Under the pieces are notes generated by a model. That model was given only the letters and a program-made list of their open reading frames with translations, made no database searches and was not told where the DNA came from. Positions 25,501 to 38,124 of a DNA stretch of 64,000 nucleotides are shown here, piece by piece. Source of the DNA: Laetmonice hystrix (Eukaryota); the NCBI GenBank assembly GCA_965235115.1, contig OZ249436.1:2048001-2112000 (forward strand), read 5' to 3'. How positions within the stretch are numbered: position 1 is the stretch's first letter; every line of letters begins with the position of its first letter. A program made the translations under genes and the position numbers.

Positions 25501-26236
25501 TGTTTGGAAGAATATCGCCTAGCCTGTCGTATACTGAGCATGGTTGTATACATGAAGACCGATTCCATGTTTGGGAGAATATCGCCTAGCCTGTCGTATA
25601 CTGAGCATGGTTGTATGTACATGAAGTCCGGTTCTATGTTTGGGAGAATATCGCCTAGCCTGTCGTATACTGAGCATGGTCGTATACATGAAGACCGATT
25701 CCATGTTTGGGAGAATATCGCCTAGCCTGTCGTATACTGAGCATGGTTGTATACATGAAGACCGGTTCCATGTTTGGGAGAATATCGTCTAGCCTGTCGT
25801 ATACTGAGCATAGTCGTATACATGAAGACCGATTCCATGTTTGGGAGAATATCGCCTAGCCTGTCGTATACTGAGCATGGTTGTATACATGAAGTCCGGT
25901 TCCTTGTTTGGGAGAATATCGTCTAGCCTGTCGTATACTGAGCATAGTCGTATACATGAAGACCGATTCCATGTTTGGGAGAATATCGCCTAGCCTGTCG
26001 TATACTGAGCATAGTCGTATACATGAAGACCGATTCCATGTTTGGGAGAATATCGCCTAGCCTGTCGTATACTGAGCATGGTTGTATACATGAAGACCGG
26101 TTCCATGTTTGGGAGAATATCGCCTAGCCTGTCGTATACTGAGCATGGTTGTATACATGAAGTCCGGTATCATGTTTGGGAGAATATCGCCTAGCCTGTC
26201 GTATACTGAGCATAGTTGTATACATGAAGTCCGGTT
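25501..26236. repeat. Minisatellite, 67-bp unit
   Basis: TGTTTGGGAGAATATCGCCTAGCCTGTCGTATACTGAGCATGGTTGTATACATGAAGACCGATTCCA. Confidence 0.96.
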
Positions 26237-26689
26237 TGGGTACATAGGGGCCATGCATAGTTTCTATGTTGGCAGTAGTGCTCGCGAAGTTGAAAGAGGA
26301 GCCATCTAACTTAGCGGGTGAGTGGGCGGTCACCTGGCCTGTTGCATGACTGTCCGTTCGTTAATTTCCCCCTGTATTTTCAATGAGAATTTTAAAGAAC
26401 GGACCGTCATGCATCTGGCCCCTGGCGGTATTTAATCAGGTTAACGGCTGGTCGGGAGATAGCATGAGAACCGGCCGGTATTGCAGTCACCATTGTTGTG
26501 CAGGGTTTAAGATTTCGAGTCGGTCCCGCTGCTCCCACATTGAGTGTACATCGATACTGTCTGTCTGCTAGAGTCAAGGCTGTCTGCAGGTCATGTCAGG
26601 TCAACTGTGATTGTGGTGGTCTCGACAGGCAGGAGGTTCTCTCCCTCCGGCTAGCGGAGTCCGGGGAGGTCAGGCGTGACGCCACCTAC

Positions 26690-28086
26690 TCCAGACCACC
26701 CTGTCAGTTAGAGTGGATCGGCCTCCAGACCACCCTGTCAGTTAGAGTGGACCGGCCTCCAGACCACCCTGTCAGTTAGAGTCGACCGACCAGCCTCCAG
26801 ACCACCCTGTCAGTTAGAGTGTGGACCGGCCTCCAGACCACCCTGTCAGTTAGAGTCGACCGGCCTCCAGACCACCCTGTCAGTTAGAGTGGGCCGGCCT
26901 CCAGACCATCCTGTCAGTTAAAGTGGGCCGGCCTCCAGACCACCCAGTCAGTTAGAGTCGACCGGCCTCCAGACCACCCTGTCAGAGTGGACCGGCCTCC
27001 AGACCATCCTGTCAGTTAGAGTCGACCGGCCTCCAGACCACCCTGTCAGTTAGAGTCGACCGGCCTCCAGACCACCCTGTCAGAGTGGACCGGCCTCCAG
27101 ACCATCCTGTCAGTTAGAGTTGACCGGCCTCCAGACCACCCTGTCAGTTAGAGTCGACCGGCCTCCAGACCACCCTGTCAGTTAGAGTGGACCGGTCTCC
27201 AGACCACCCTGTCAGTTAGAGTGGGCCGGCCTCCAGACCATCCTGTCAGTTAGAGTGGCCCGGCCTCCAGACCACCCTGTCAGTTAAAGTGGCCCGGCCT
27301 CCAGACCACCCTGTCAGTTAGAGTGGACCGGCCTCCAGACCACCCTGTCAGTTAGAGTGGACCGGCCTCCAGACCACCCTGTCAGTTAAAGTGGACCGGC
27401 CTCCAGACCATCCTGTCAGTTAGAGTGGACCGGCCTACAGACCACCCTGTCAGTTAGAGTGGACCGGCCTCCAGACCACCCTGTCAGTTAGAGTCGACGG
27501 GCGTCCAGACCACCCTGTCAGTTAGAGTGAACCGGCTTCCAGACCATCCTGTCAGTTAGAGTCGACCGGCGTCCAGACCACCCTGTCAGTTAGAGTGGAC
27601 CGGCCTCCAGACCATCCTGTCAGTTAGAGTGGACCGGCCTCCAGACCATCCTGTCAGTTAGAGAGTGTCCCGTCCTCCAGACCACCCTGTCAGTTAAAGT
27701 GGACCGGCCTCCAGACCATCCTGTCAGTTAGAGTCGACCGGCCGTCCTCCAGACCACCCTGTCAGTTAGAGAGTGGACCGGCCTCCAGACCACCCTGTCA
27801 GTTAGAATGGACCGGCCTCCAGACCATCCTGTCAGTTAGAGTCGACCGGCCGTCCTCCAGACCACCCTGTCAGAGTGTGGACCGGCCTCCAGACCACCCT
27901 GTCAGTTAGAGTGGGCCGGCCTACAGACCATCCTGTCAGTTAGAGTGGGCCGGCCTACAGACCACCCTGTCAGTTAGAGTCGACCGGCCGTCCTCCAGAC
28001 CATCTGTCAGTTAGAGTGGCCCGGCCGTACTCCAGACCACCCTGTCAGTTAGAGTGGGCCGGCCTACAGACCACCCTGTCAGTTAG
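26690..28086. repeat. Minisatellite, about 34-bp unit
   Basis: CTCCAGACCACCCTGTCAGTTAGAGTGGACCGGC, with small indels. Confidence 0.96.
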
Positions 28087-29345
28087 GGCTCTGTCATCTA
28101 ATAGAACTATTGGGAGAGAGAAGTGACCGACCTAGGTCGGCAGGACTCAGTGTCATTGTCAGGGGAAGCATACGTTCCGGAAATAATGAGTGAATACGAT
28201 TGGCCTCAAAGTTTGCTGTTGCCGACCACTCCCAAACCAAACCAAGCCTTGCACAGCTTAGTGGGACTAACACCAGCCTGGTCACATTGTTGTTAAATAG
28301 GACAACTGACTGTCATAACCACACCCACGACCCTGGCAACTCTACTGTGAGCAGATAATTGCCTCGGTGCCCCCCCCCCCCCCCCCGTCACCCCACTCCA
28401 ATAATATGGCGTGTCCTTTGACAAAAACAGCGTTCAGAAATAGAGAGAAAAAGCATTGCATGCAGCCGGGAGGAAGAAATTACCTCTTTTAGATGTCCTT
28501 TTTCCCAAGGATGAAATTAGCAGAAGGGCTGAGCTGTCAGAGGGGGAGTATCGCATGTTAGGGAAGTGTCGGAAGTTGGAAATTTGTCAGGCAGTATTTC
28601 TATGGATGAGGTGGCCATTGACACGGACCATTGACACGTACCAGGCGTCAGGTGTCAAAGTCAGGTTACCTTAGGTCTGATCTTTGTACGCCTTTATTCT
28701 CAATTCACTTCATTCCTAGGCCTGGAGGAACGGAGGCAGACACAATACAGGGTGTATAAAAAAATGTCCCTTCGTATCCCTCCGATATCTTCCCAGATAC
28801 TGGGAGTAAGTTTCTTTCTTGTATGACAGTCTGACAGTACAGTTGTTGGGCAGATTGTCACCAAGTGTCATTGAAATTGATCCAGTTGGATAAATATGAT
28901 GACCCGAGTCAATTCCATTGATCCAACGCTGTGCTGGTACCGAATTGCCCAGTCGTGCTAGATTGCATAGCAAGTTTATTCATTGTTGTCACCGGATTAA
29001 TTTCTGCCCAAAGTTGTCATAATCTGTTCAGGAAATGTAGATATATAAAACTTTAAACGGACTCTAGTAGAAGATAATATCGATGACCTATTGGAAAGGG
29101 AAATTTTAAAAAATCCACCCAGCATCGCCTGTCCGTGATTCTCCTTTACATGGAAACAGTATGTACCTAGGACTTCTGCTTCAAAACCTGACGAAATCTT
29201 TATCAAACTGTATTCAGCTAGATGCTCAACACGCCTGCTTCCCCCACCGTCTGATTGATAACAGATAATGTTCTCTAAAAGATCACATCTCGGTACGGCT
29301 CGCATCATTTATAGAATGGTGACTTGTTGATTACGTAGAGTGGTG

Positions 29346-30299
29346 AGACGCTCCGACCAACCAATGCTGAATATCATCCTGACAGACCTTAGAGGTCATC
29401 TCTCGTAGACGCTCCAACCAATGCTGAATATCATCCTGACAGACCTTAGAGGTCATCTCTCGTAGACGCTCCAACCAATGCTGAATATCATCCTGACAGA
29501 CCTTAGAGGTCATCTCTCGTAGACGCTCCGACCAACCAATGCTGAATATCATCCTGACAGACCTTAGAGGTCATCTCTCGTAGACGCTCCGACCAACCAA
29601 TGCTGAATATCATCCTGACAGACCTTAGAGGTCATCTCTCGTAGACACTCCAACCAACCAATGCTGAATATCATCCTGACTGACCTTAGAGGTCATCTCT
29701 CGTAGACGCTCCGACCAACCAATGCTGAATATCATCCTGACAGACCTTAGAGGTCATCTCTCGTAGACACTCCAACCAACCAATGCTGAATATCATCCTG
29801 ACTGACCTTAGAGGTCATCTCTCGTAGACGCTCCGACCAACCAATGCTGAATATCATCCTGACAGACCTTAGAGGTCATCTCTCGTAGACGCTCCAACCA
29901 ACCAATGCTGAATATCATCCTGACAGACCTTCGAGGTCATCTCTCGTAGACGCTCCAACCAACCAATGCTGAATATCATCCTGACAGACCTTAGAGGTCA
30001 TCTCTCGTAGACGCTCCAACCAATGCTGAATATCATCCTGACTGACCTTCTCTCGTAGACGCTCCAACCAATGCTGAATATCATCCTGACTGACCTTAGA
30101 GGTCATCTCTCGTAGACGCTCCAACCAACCAATGCTGAATATCATCCTGACTGACCTTAGAGGTCATCTCTCGTAGACACTCCAACCAACCAATGCTGAA
30201 TATCATCCTGACTGACCTTAGAGGTCATCTCTCGTAGACGCTCCGACCAACCAATGCTGAATATCATCCTGACTGACCTTAGAGGTCATCTCTCGTAGA
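29346..30299. repeat. Minisatellite, 61/57-bp unit
   Basis: CGTAGACGCTCC(GACC)AACCAATGCTGAATATCATCCTGACAGACCTTAGAGGTCATCTCT. Confidence 0.96.
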
Positions 30300-30364
30300 G
30301 CGATTTGATTTTGGCGCCAATAACACACGCCAATCCCTGGTCACCAATCATGACAGAAGACCTA

Positions 30365-30693
30365 GTCCTACTGTTCACAGTGTGTGGCCAACCCTTCACG
30401 TCGTAACTCAATGAAACGTTTCCATTCGGCTCCCGGACACTGTTCCTCCAGAGCTTTAACACACTGCAATCCCTGGTCACCCCGTCCTACTGTTCACAGT
30501 GTGTAGCAACCCTTCACGTCGTAACTCAATGAAACGTTTCCATTCGGCTCCCGGACACTGTTCCTCCAGAGCTTTAACACACTGCAATCCCTGGTCACCT
30601 CATCCTACTATTCACAGTGTGTAGCAACCCTTCACGTCGTCACTCAATGAAACGTTTCCATTCGGCTCCCGGACACTGTTCCTCCAGAGCTTT
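30365..30693. repeat. About 118-bp tandem repeat, about 3 copies
   Basis: TCCTACTGTTCACAGTGTGTAGCAACCCTTCACGTCGTAACTCAATGAAACG... near 30366, 30485 and 30603. Confidence 0.92.
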
Positions 30694-31384
30694 TGTGAAG
30701 ATATTGTTTCTTCTCTCTGTTTCGACCGGAAAAAAGTGAAAGCTCCTTTGGTAGTTCTACCCAGTGGACAATTTGTATGTTGTATATACACCCTGTTTGT
30801 AACTTCCGATCTATGCTGATATCAGGCTCCGGTGGGAAATATGTTTCTTCTTATGTATGACTTGTATACACCAGGACTTACAGGTTATGGTTCTCCCAGT
30901 GGATAGCTTGGTGTAACACAGGAAGTGCCTGCCTTTATCACTGTGAAACCAATCAGATTTTTTATGATTCTGTGATAAGATCATCAGAAACGCCCTCTAC
31001 CGGACTTATGCAGCATTAGCTTAGATTGTTTGCTGAGTTTTTATGAGGTCATACTGTTACACCCTCTGCCGGGTTACCCAGGACCAGGTCAAATTGTTGG
31101 TTGAGTTTTGATGGGTCATACAGTCGCGCCCTCTACCGGGATACCGCGCACTACTCTAGGAGGTGTGGGGCCACTTTCCCTAGAATTCTTTTTCAGAAGG
31201 TCAGCTGGGATGGGGTTACCCCCCCCCCCCCCCACTGGATTGACCAGGTGCCGTGCAATACGTAAGTAATGGTGACCTCTGACCCTGACGACCGGAGAAG
31301 GTCACGGTCGTCTGACTTAGTTAGGTTGGAGAAGGTTGGACAGTAGTACAAATATTGAAACCCTTGAAGTGAGATCTGTTCAAC

Positions 31385-32150
31385 CGTGACTAGTGAGTGT
31401 ATGAACACACCCGTGAACGTGAACCGTGACCAGTGACTGTATGAACACGCCCGTGAACGTGACCAGTGACTGTATGAACACACCCGTGAACGTGACCAGT
31501 GACTGTATGAACACACCCGTGAACGTGACCAGTGACTGTATGAACACACCCGTGAACGTGACCAGTGACTGTATGAACACACCCGTGAACGTGACCAGTG
31601 ACTGTATGAACACACCCGTGAACGTGACCAGTGACTGTATGAACACACCCGTGAACGTGACCAGTGACTGTATGAACACGCCCGTGAACGTGACCAGTGA
31701 GTGTATGAACACACCCGTGAACGTGACCAGTGACTGTATGAACACGCCCGTGAACGTGACCAGTGACTGTATGAACACACCCGTGAACGTGACCAGTGAC
31801 TGTATGAACACACCCGTGAACGTGACCAGTGACTGTATGAACACGCCCGTGAACGTGACCAGTGACTGTATGAACACACCCGTGAACGTGACCAGTGACT
31901 GTATGAACACGCCCGTGAACGTGACCAGTGACTGTATGAACACACCCGTGAACGTGACCAGTGAGTGTATGAACACACCCGTGAACGTGACCAGTGACTG
32001 TATGAACACACCCGTGAACGTGACCAGTGACTGTATGAACACGCCCGTGAACGTGACCAGTGACTGTATGAACACGCCCGTGAACGTGACCAGTGACTGT
32101 ATGAACACACCCGTGAACGTGACCAGTGACTGTATGAACACGCCCGTGAC
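31385..32150. repeat. Minisatellite, 33-bp unit
   Basis: GTGACCAGTGACTGTATGAACACACCCGTGAAC. Confidence 0.97.
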
Positions 32151-33099
32151 AGCCTGGCAGACACAAGTATAGATATAGACAGTAACCTTGAGATGCCAAG
32201 CGTCCCCCCCCCCGCCTCCCGAACATTATGATAACCTTCTGTTGTCATGGCCACCGGTCGGCCACCATTGTCAATATTGACTCTGGCCGCCAGGGCGGGG
32301 TGGGTGGGCAGGTTGTTTTCTCCATGGCCGATCGCTGTGGTTGTTTGTTGTTAACATTGGTACGGGACCACTTTACGACCAAACTTAATGCTGCCACTGT
32401 CTACCAATACACACGCCACATCCAATCAGGCCATTTTCTAAGTAGGCTCAACTGTATACTACATGTCTTTTTACCATATATTTTTTGCCATATATTGGAT
32501 CTAATCGGGGAGGAGTTTCGCACAGGCAGATCGACCGTTTATGGATATGTACAGCGCAGAAAACGGGGTGGTATCCACATACTTTCTCTTTACATTGAGG
32601 AGTTCCAGGGGGAATCATGCAAAGGAGATGGTGAACATTTTGACATCACCGAGAAGTGACATATATGGTCAATACGTTCTCCCAGAATTACACGCTACCA
32701 TGATGTCAGTGTGAGCAGTGGGTCGAGAAGTACGTAGGGGGTGGGGATAACTCGAGTGCCAGGTTATTAAGTGAACACGCTTTCAACGTGTTGAAGACTT
32801 ATGTTTGAGAGAAAGACGTCATAATATTTGGGTAGACATGTACATTACCAGTCTACCAATCGATGGTAGCAATGACAGCCACTACGCCAGCCTCTGATTG
32901 ATCGGTTATCAAACTGATCGACAAATGACAGCCGTTAAAAGCCAAATCTCTTCGCTTGGTTGAGGAGAGAATTAGAGACTTAGAATTCAGCACACAACGC
33001 AAAATGACACTTTTTGACACACACTCCACACACACTGGGCTCTGCCTATCCCAATGACGTGATTACGTCACGTTTACCAACAGGCTGAGGGTTTCTTTA

Positions 33100-33585
33100 G
33101 TTCTGCCTGCCCACCGCACACTTTCTGTGAGCTGCTTGAGTCCACAGCCGTTTGAGGAATAAAAAGGCTTGGTGTATGGTGTTATGATGTAACACTGTCC
33201 CTTTGTCCGGACAGTGCGAGCTAGGACTGTACACAGAGCTCTGCCTGCCCAGACTTTCTTTATGTGAGCTGCATGAGTCCACGGCCGTTTAGGGTAATAA
33301 AAAGGCTTGGTGTATGGTGTTATGATGTAACACTGTCCCTTTGTCCGGACAGCGCGAGCTAGGACTGTGTACACAGAGCTCTGCCTGTCCAGACTTTCTA
33401 TTTGTGAGCTGCATGAGTCCACAGGCTTGGTGTATGGTGTTATGATGTAACACTCTGTCTCTTTGTCCGGACAGTGCGAGCTAGGACTGTATACATGTAC
33501 ACCGAGCTCTGCCTGACCACAGCAGACTTTGTGAGCTGCATGAGTCCACAGCCGTGTACGGTAATAAAAAGGCTTGGTGTATATA
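33100..33585. repeat. Diverged tandem repeat, about 120-140-bp unit, about 3.5 copies
   Basis: Recurring GAGCTGCATGAGTCCAC and AGGCTTGGTGTATGGTGTTATGATGTAACACT...TTTGTCCGGACAG.GCGAGCTAGGACTGT. Confidence 0.88.
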
Positions 33586-34049
33586 AAATATATGACATAT
33601 GGTGTTGTCAAAGAGATGAGAGTGATTGTATCGGCAAGGACACAGGGGATGTGTTATTTCCTGGCGACCATTTCCTGTGTATCTCGAGTCCACAGACTCT
33701 CCACTGAGAGCATAAAATGTCGCCTCCGCTCAGTAAGTCCCCCGCCTCCCTCCCTCCCTCCCTCCCTCCCGGCGGTCGGTACTTACCTCCCACAGTAATT
33801 ACCTCCCACAACAGATTCCAGTATCCAGGGACATTAGGGTTGGTCACTTTAACATGTCATCAGCATTGTTTTCCTTGGAAGTAGATTCAATGATATCCCA
33901 AGGGAATGATAACTGTGGTGTTGGCATGGGTTTAGTCGTGTGAAAGAAAGCATACGTACAGTGTGTACCTTTGCCTGGTACTGCTACGACTGAGGGTACT
34001 ATGATCTTCTGGGTTAGGAATGTGATTACTGAATGAACGACACCAGTGG

Positions 34050-35207
34050 CGTGACTGACCATGGCCGAGGTTTCCATGGGTGACCGTATCTCACGTGACA
34101 GACTATGTGGAGGTTTCCATGGGTGACCATATCTCACGTGACATACCATGACGGAGGTTTCCATGGGTGACCATATCTCACGTGACTGACCATGACGGGG
34201 GGTTTCCATGGGTGACCATAATTATATCACGTGACATACCATGACGGAGGTTTCCATGGGTGACCATAATTATATCACGTGGCAGACTATGACGGAGGTT
34301 TCCATAGGTGACCATAATTATATCACGTGGCAGACTATGACGGAGGTTTCCATAGGTGACCATAATTATATCACGTGACAGACTATGACGGAGGTTTCCA
34401 TAGGTGACCATAATTATATCACGTGACAGACTATGACGGAGGTTTCCATGGGTGACCATATCTCACGTGACAGACTGACGGAGGTTTCCATGGGTGACCA
34501 TATATCACGTGACATACCATGACGGAGGTTTCCATGGGTGACCATATCTCACGTGACTGACCATGACGGGGGGTTTCCATGGGTGACCATATCTCACGTG
34601 ACATACCATGGCGGAGGTTTCCATGGGTGACCATATCTCACGTGACTGACCATGACGGAGGTTTCCATGGGTGACCATACATCACGTGAGGTTTCCATGG
34701 GTGATCATAATTATATCACGTGACAGACTATGACGGAGGTTTCCATGGGTGACCATATCTCACGTGACATACCATGACGGAGGTTTCCATGGGTGACCAT
34801 ATCTCACGTGACTGACCATGACGGGGGGTTTCCATGGGTGACCATATCTCACGTGACTGACCATGACGGGGAGTTTCCATGGGTGACCATATCTCACGTG
34901 ACTGACCATGACGGAGGTTTCCATGGGTGACCATACATCACGTGAGGTTCCATGGGTGATCATAATTATATCACGTGACAGACTATGACGGAGGTTTCCA
35001 TGGGTGACCATACATCACGTGAGGTTTCCATGGGTGATCATAATTATATCACGTGACAGACTATGACGGAGGTTTCCATGGGTGACCATATCTCACGTGA
35101 CATACCATGACGGAGGTTTCCATGGGTGACCATATCTCACGTGACTGACCATAACGGAGGTTTCCATGGGTGACCATATATCACGTGAGGTTTCCATGGG
35201 TGACCAT
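34050..35207. repeat. Minisatellite with variable unit (about 33-50 bp)
   Basis: GGAGGTTTCCATGGGTGACCATATCTCACGTGAC...ATGAC; CACGTG occurs in essentially every unit. Confidence 0.95.
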
Positions 35208-35747
35208 TACCCATGGTAACCGTTTGAATAGGTTCCAATGGAGTGACAACCAATTTTTTGGTTTTGGGTTTTTGAAAACCGCTGTGAGTTGGTTTGTGAC
35301 TGACAGGCCGTGTAACCGTTAGACGGCCCGGCACTGATAGGCTAATCTCCGGCCCTTGGTTTGGGATCGGCGCGGGGCCACGGGACTCCCACCGCCCGCC
35401 CGGACCCCACGGACCCGCCTGAACCGTTATCTCCTCGCTGGCGGACCCTGTCAATCATGGTATAATGGTTGCCTCAGTTACCACCCATCTACCTCCACCA
35501 GGAGCCTAGGGCCTGTCTTACTAAGGTCTGGTTATTAACGATTAACGACCCAGGACCCAGCATTTGTAACGGCATTATGAGCCGACTGGGTAATCCTGGT
35601 AAAATAATTATTGATAATAAATAAAAACAAAAAAAACGATATAGTTTAATTTGTCCTTGGAGAAAGTACGTTCAATTTAATTCGATTTCAATTCAATTTG
35701 TATGTTGCTTACACTGGTGATGGATTCGTCGGAGCCCTTCGAATACA

Positions 35748-35960
35748 ATTACCCCCTACCCCCAGTTTCAGGTTACAAAAATACACTTCGGATAAAAAAT
35801 GTTTAGAGCGTTAATTCAAATAAACCTAACCCTAAACTTACATTAACCCTAACCGAGGGGCTTTTTGAAACCAACTTCAGATTACTGGGGGGTAATTTGA
35901 AGCTAGCTTCAGGTTACCCCCCGGTAATCTGACAGGGGGGTAATCTGAAATTGGGACACC
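35748..35960. mobile_element. Putative non-autonomous Helentron-like (HINE) element
   Basis: Subterminal inverted repeats (TTTCAGGTTAC near 35766; GTAATCTGAAA near 35940). Internal hairpin TTCAGATTAC-TGGGGG-GTAATTTGAA and an internal (CCTAAC)-like tract at 35821-35855. The family call is by architecture only. Confidence 0.45.
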
Positions 35961-35963
35961 TGC

Positions 35964-37305
35964 TGGAACAAAACGAACCGGGTACGACTTGGGTGGTCAA
36001 ACCTAGATCATACATGGGACCAAAACTAACCGGGTACGACTTGGGTGGTCAAACCTAGATCATACACGGGAACAAAACGAACCGGGTGGTCAAACCTAGA
36101 TCATACACGGGACCAAAACTAACCGGGTACGACTTGGGTGGTCAAACCTAGATCGTACACGTAAACAAAACTAACCGGGTACGACTTGGGTGGTCAAACG
36201 ATCGTACACGGAACAAAACTAACCGGGTACGACTTGGGTGGTCAAACCTAGATCATGCACGGGAACAAAACGAACCGGGTACGACTTGGGTGGTCAAACC
36301 TAGATCATACACGGGAACAAAACTAACCGGGTATGACGTGGGTGGTCAAACCTAGATCATACACGGGAACAAAAGGAACCGGGTACGACTTGGGTGGTCA
36401 AACCTAGATCATACACGGGAACAAAACTAACCGGGTACGACTTGGGTGGTCAAACCTAGATCGTACACAGGAACAAAACTAACCGGGTACGACTTGGGTG
36501 GTTAAACCTAGATCATACACGGGAACAAAACTAACCGGGTACGACTTGGGTGGTCAAACCTAGATCATACACGGGAACAAAACTAACCGGGTACGACTTT
36601 TGTGGTCAAACCTAGATCATACACGGGAACAAAACTAACCGGGTACGACTTGGGTGGTCAAACCTAGATCATACACGGGAACAAAACTAACCGGGTACGA
36701 CTTGGGTGGTCAAACCTAGATCATGCACGGGAACAAAAGGAACCGGGTATGACTTGGGTGGTCAAACCTAGATCATACACGGGAACAAAACTAACCGGGT
36801 ACGACTTGGGTGGTCAAACCTAGATCGTACACGGGAACAAAACTAACCGGGTACGACTTGGGTGGTCAAACCTAGATCATACACGGGAACAAAACTAACC
36901 GGGTACGACTTGGGTGGTCAAACCTAGATCATACACGGGAACAAAACGAACCGGGTACGACTTGGGTGGTCAAACCTAGATCATACACGGGACCAAAACG
37001 AACCGGGTACGACTTGGGTGGTCAAACCTAGATCGTACGCGTGAACAAAACGAACCGGGTACGACTTGGGTGGTCAAACCTAGATCATACACGTGAACAA
37101 AACGAACCGGGTACGACTTGGGTGGTCAGACCTAGATCATACACGTGAACAAAACGAGCCGGGTACGACTTGGGTGGTCAAACCTAGATCATACACGGGA
37201 ACAAAACGAACCGGGTACGACTTGGGTGGTTAAACCTAGATCATACACGGGAACAAAACTAACCGGGTACGACTTGGGTGGTCAGACCTAGATCATACAC
37301 GGGAA
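35964..37305. repeat. Minisatellite, 52-bp unit
   Basis: GGGAACAAAACTAACCGGGTACGACTTGGGTGGTCAAACCTAGATCATACAC. Confidence 0.97.
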
Positions 37306-37776
37306 TATAATCATTATATATCCTGACATAACCAGAATCTGGAAGCCGCTGGATGTCGATTCCCAATGTTTAATGTATATTCTGTGGATATTACATAATG
37401 TTATGCCCGAGTTGTAACCGAGGATGTCTATGGCATAACACCGTCTACACTTCGCGCCATCATGCTATATTTCCTTGAGCAAACTGCTGTAACTTGGTCC
37501 CGGTCGATGAGGGTGCATTATGTATAATAATCATGATGCTGGCCCGGGGATCCATGGTGTATTATACTACCATATTGTACTGGCAGTGTAGATTCAGCCG
37601 TTGTTCGTGTATTTGAATCGGCACACGTGCGTGCGTGATGCCATTCCCTGTCGTCCTAGCAATACGAGACCGGACTTTGAAATCTGGTCTGGTCTCGACC
37701 GAATAGTCGGGATGAAATGACCACAGAGCCACATTCAGCGTGTTTGGAAAGTTGCTGGGGGGGGGGGGCAAGTCTA

Positions 37777-37863
37777 CAGGGTGTCTCAAACAAACAGCTA
37801 ATGTCATATTGTGTGGTGAATAGGAAAGTTGTGATGTCTAGACTCATTTTTCGAGACATCCTG
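37777..37863. mobile_element. Tiny Tc1/mariner-type MITE
   Basis: TA|CAGGGTGTCTCAAA ... TTCGAGACATCCTG|TA, with a TA TSD. Confidence 0.75.
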
Positions 37864-38124
37864 TAAGTCATCGTTTTCTTGGAAGCACTTTATGAAGGTT
37901 GCCAGGCCCTTATGTGGTTCGGCATTGTGCACATGTGCACATGTATGCGGGAGAGTTATGAAGGCTTCCACGGAATATCTACTCTTGCAGCCCCCGGTAA
38001 AGATCGACTGTGGTTCACATTGTTCGTGTTCAGTGTAAATCTGGTCATATAAAGTTACAGGAGAAAGGTGAACACGGTATGAGAAATCACAGGCTATGAT
38101 GGCGGCATCCTTTGATATCAGCTC

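Noticed and set aside
28747..28790. TACAGGGTGT Tc1/mariner-like end
   Set aside because: No matching opposite TIR found nearby; at most a fragment.
31193..32254. 353/278/253/248-aa ORFs over the 33-bp array
   Set aside because: A stop-poor unit divisible by three gives ORFs in four frames. The silent ACA/ACG variant is a CpG-type change and not evidence of coding.
32228..32659. 143-aa ORF in unique sequence
   Set aside because: No domain recognised and no convincing splice sites; cannot be supported without homology or expression data.
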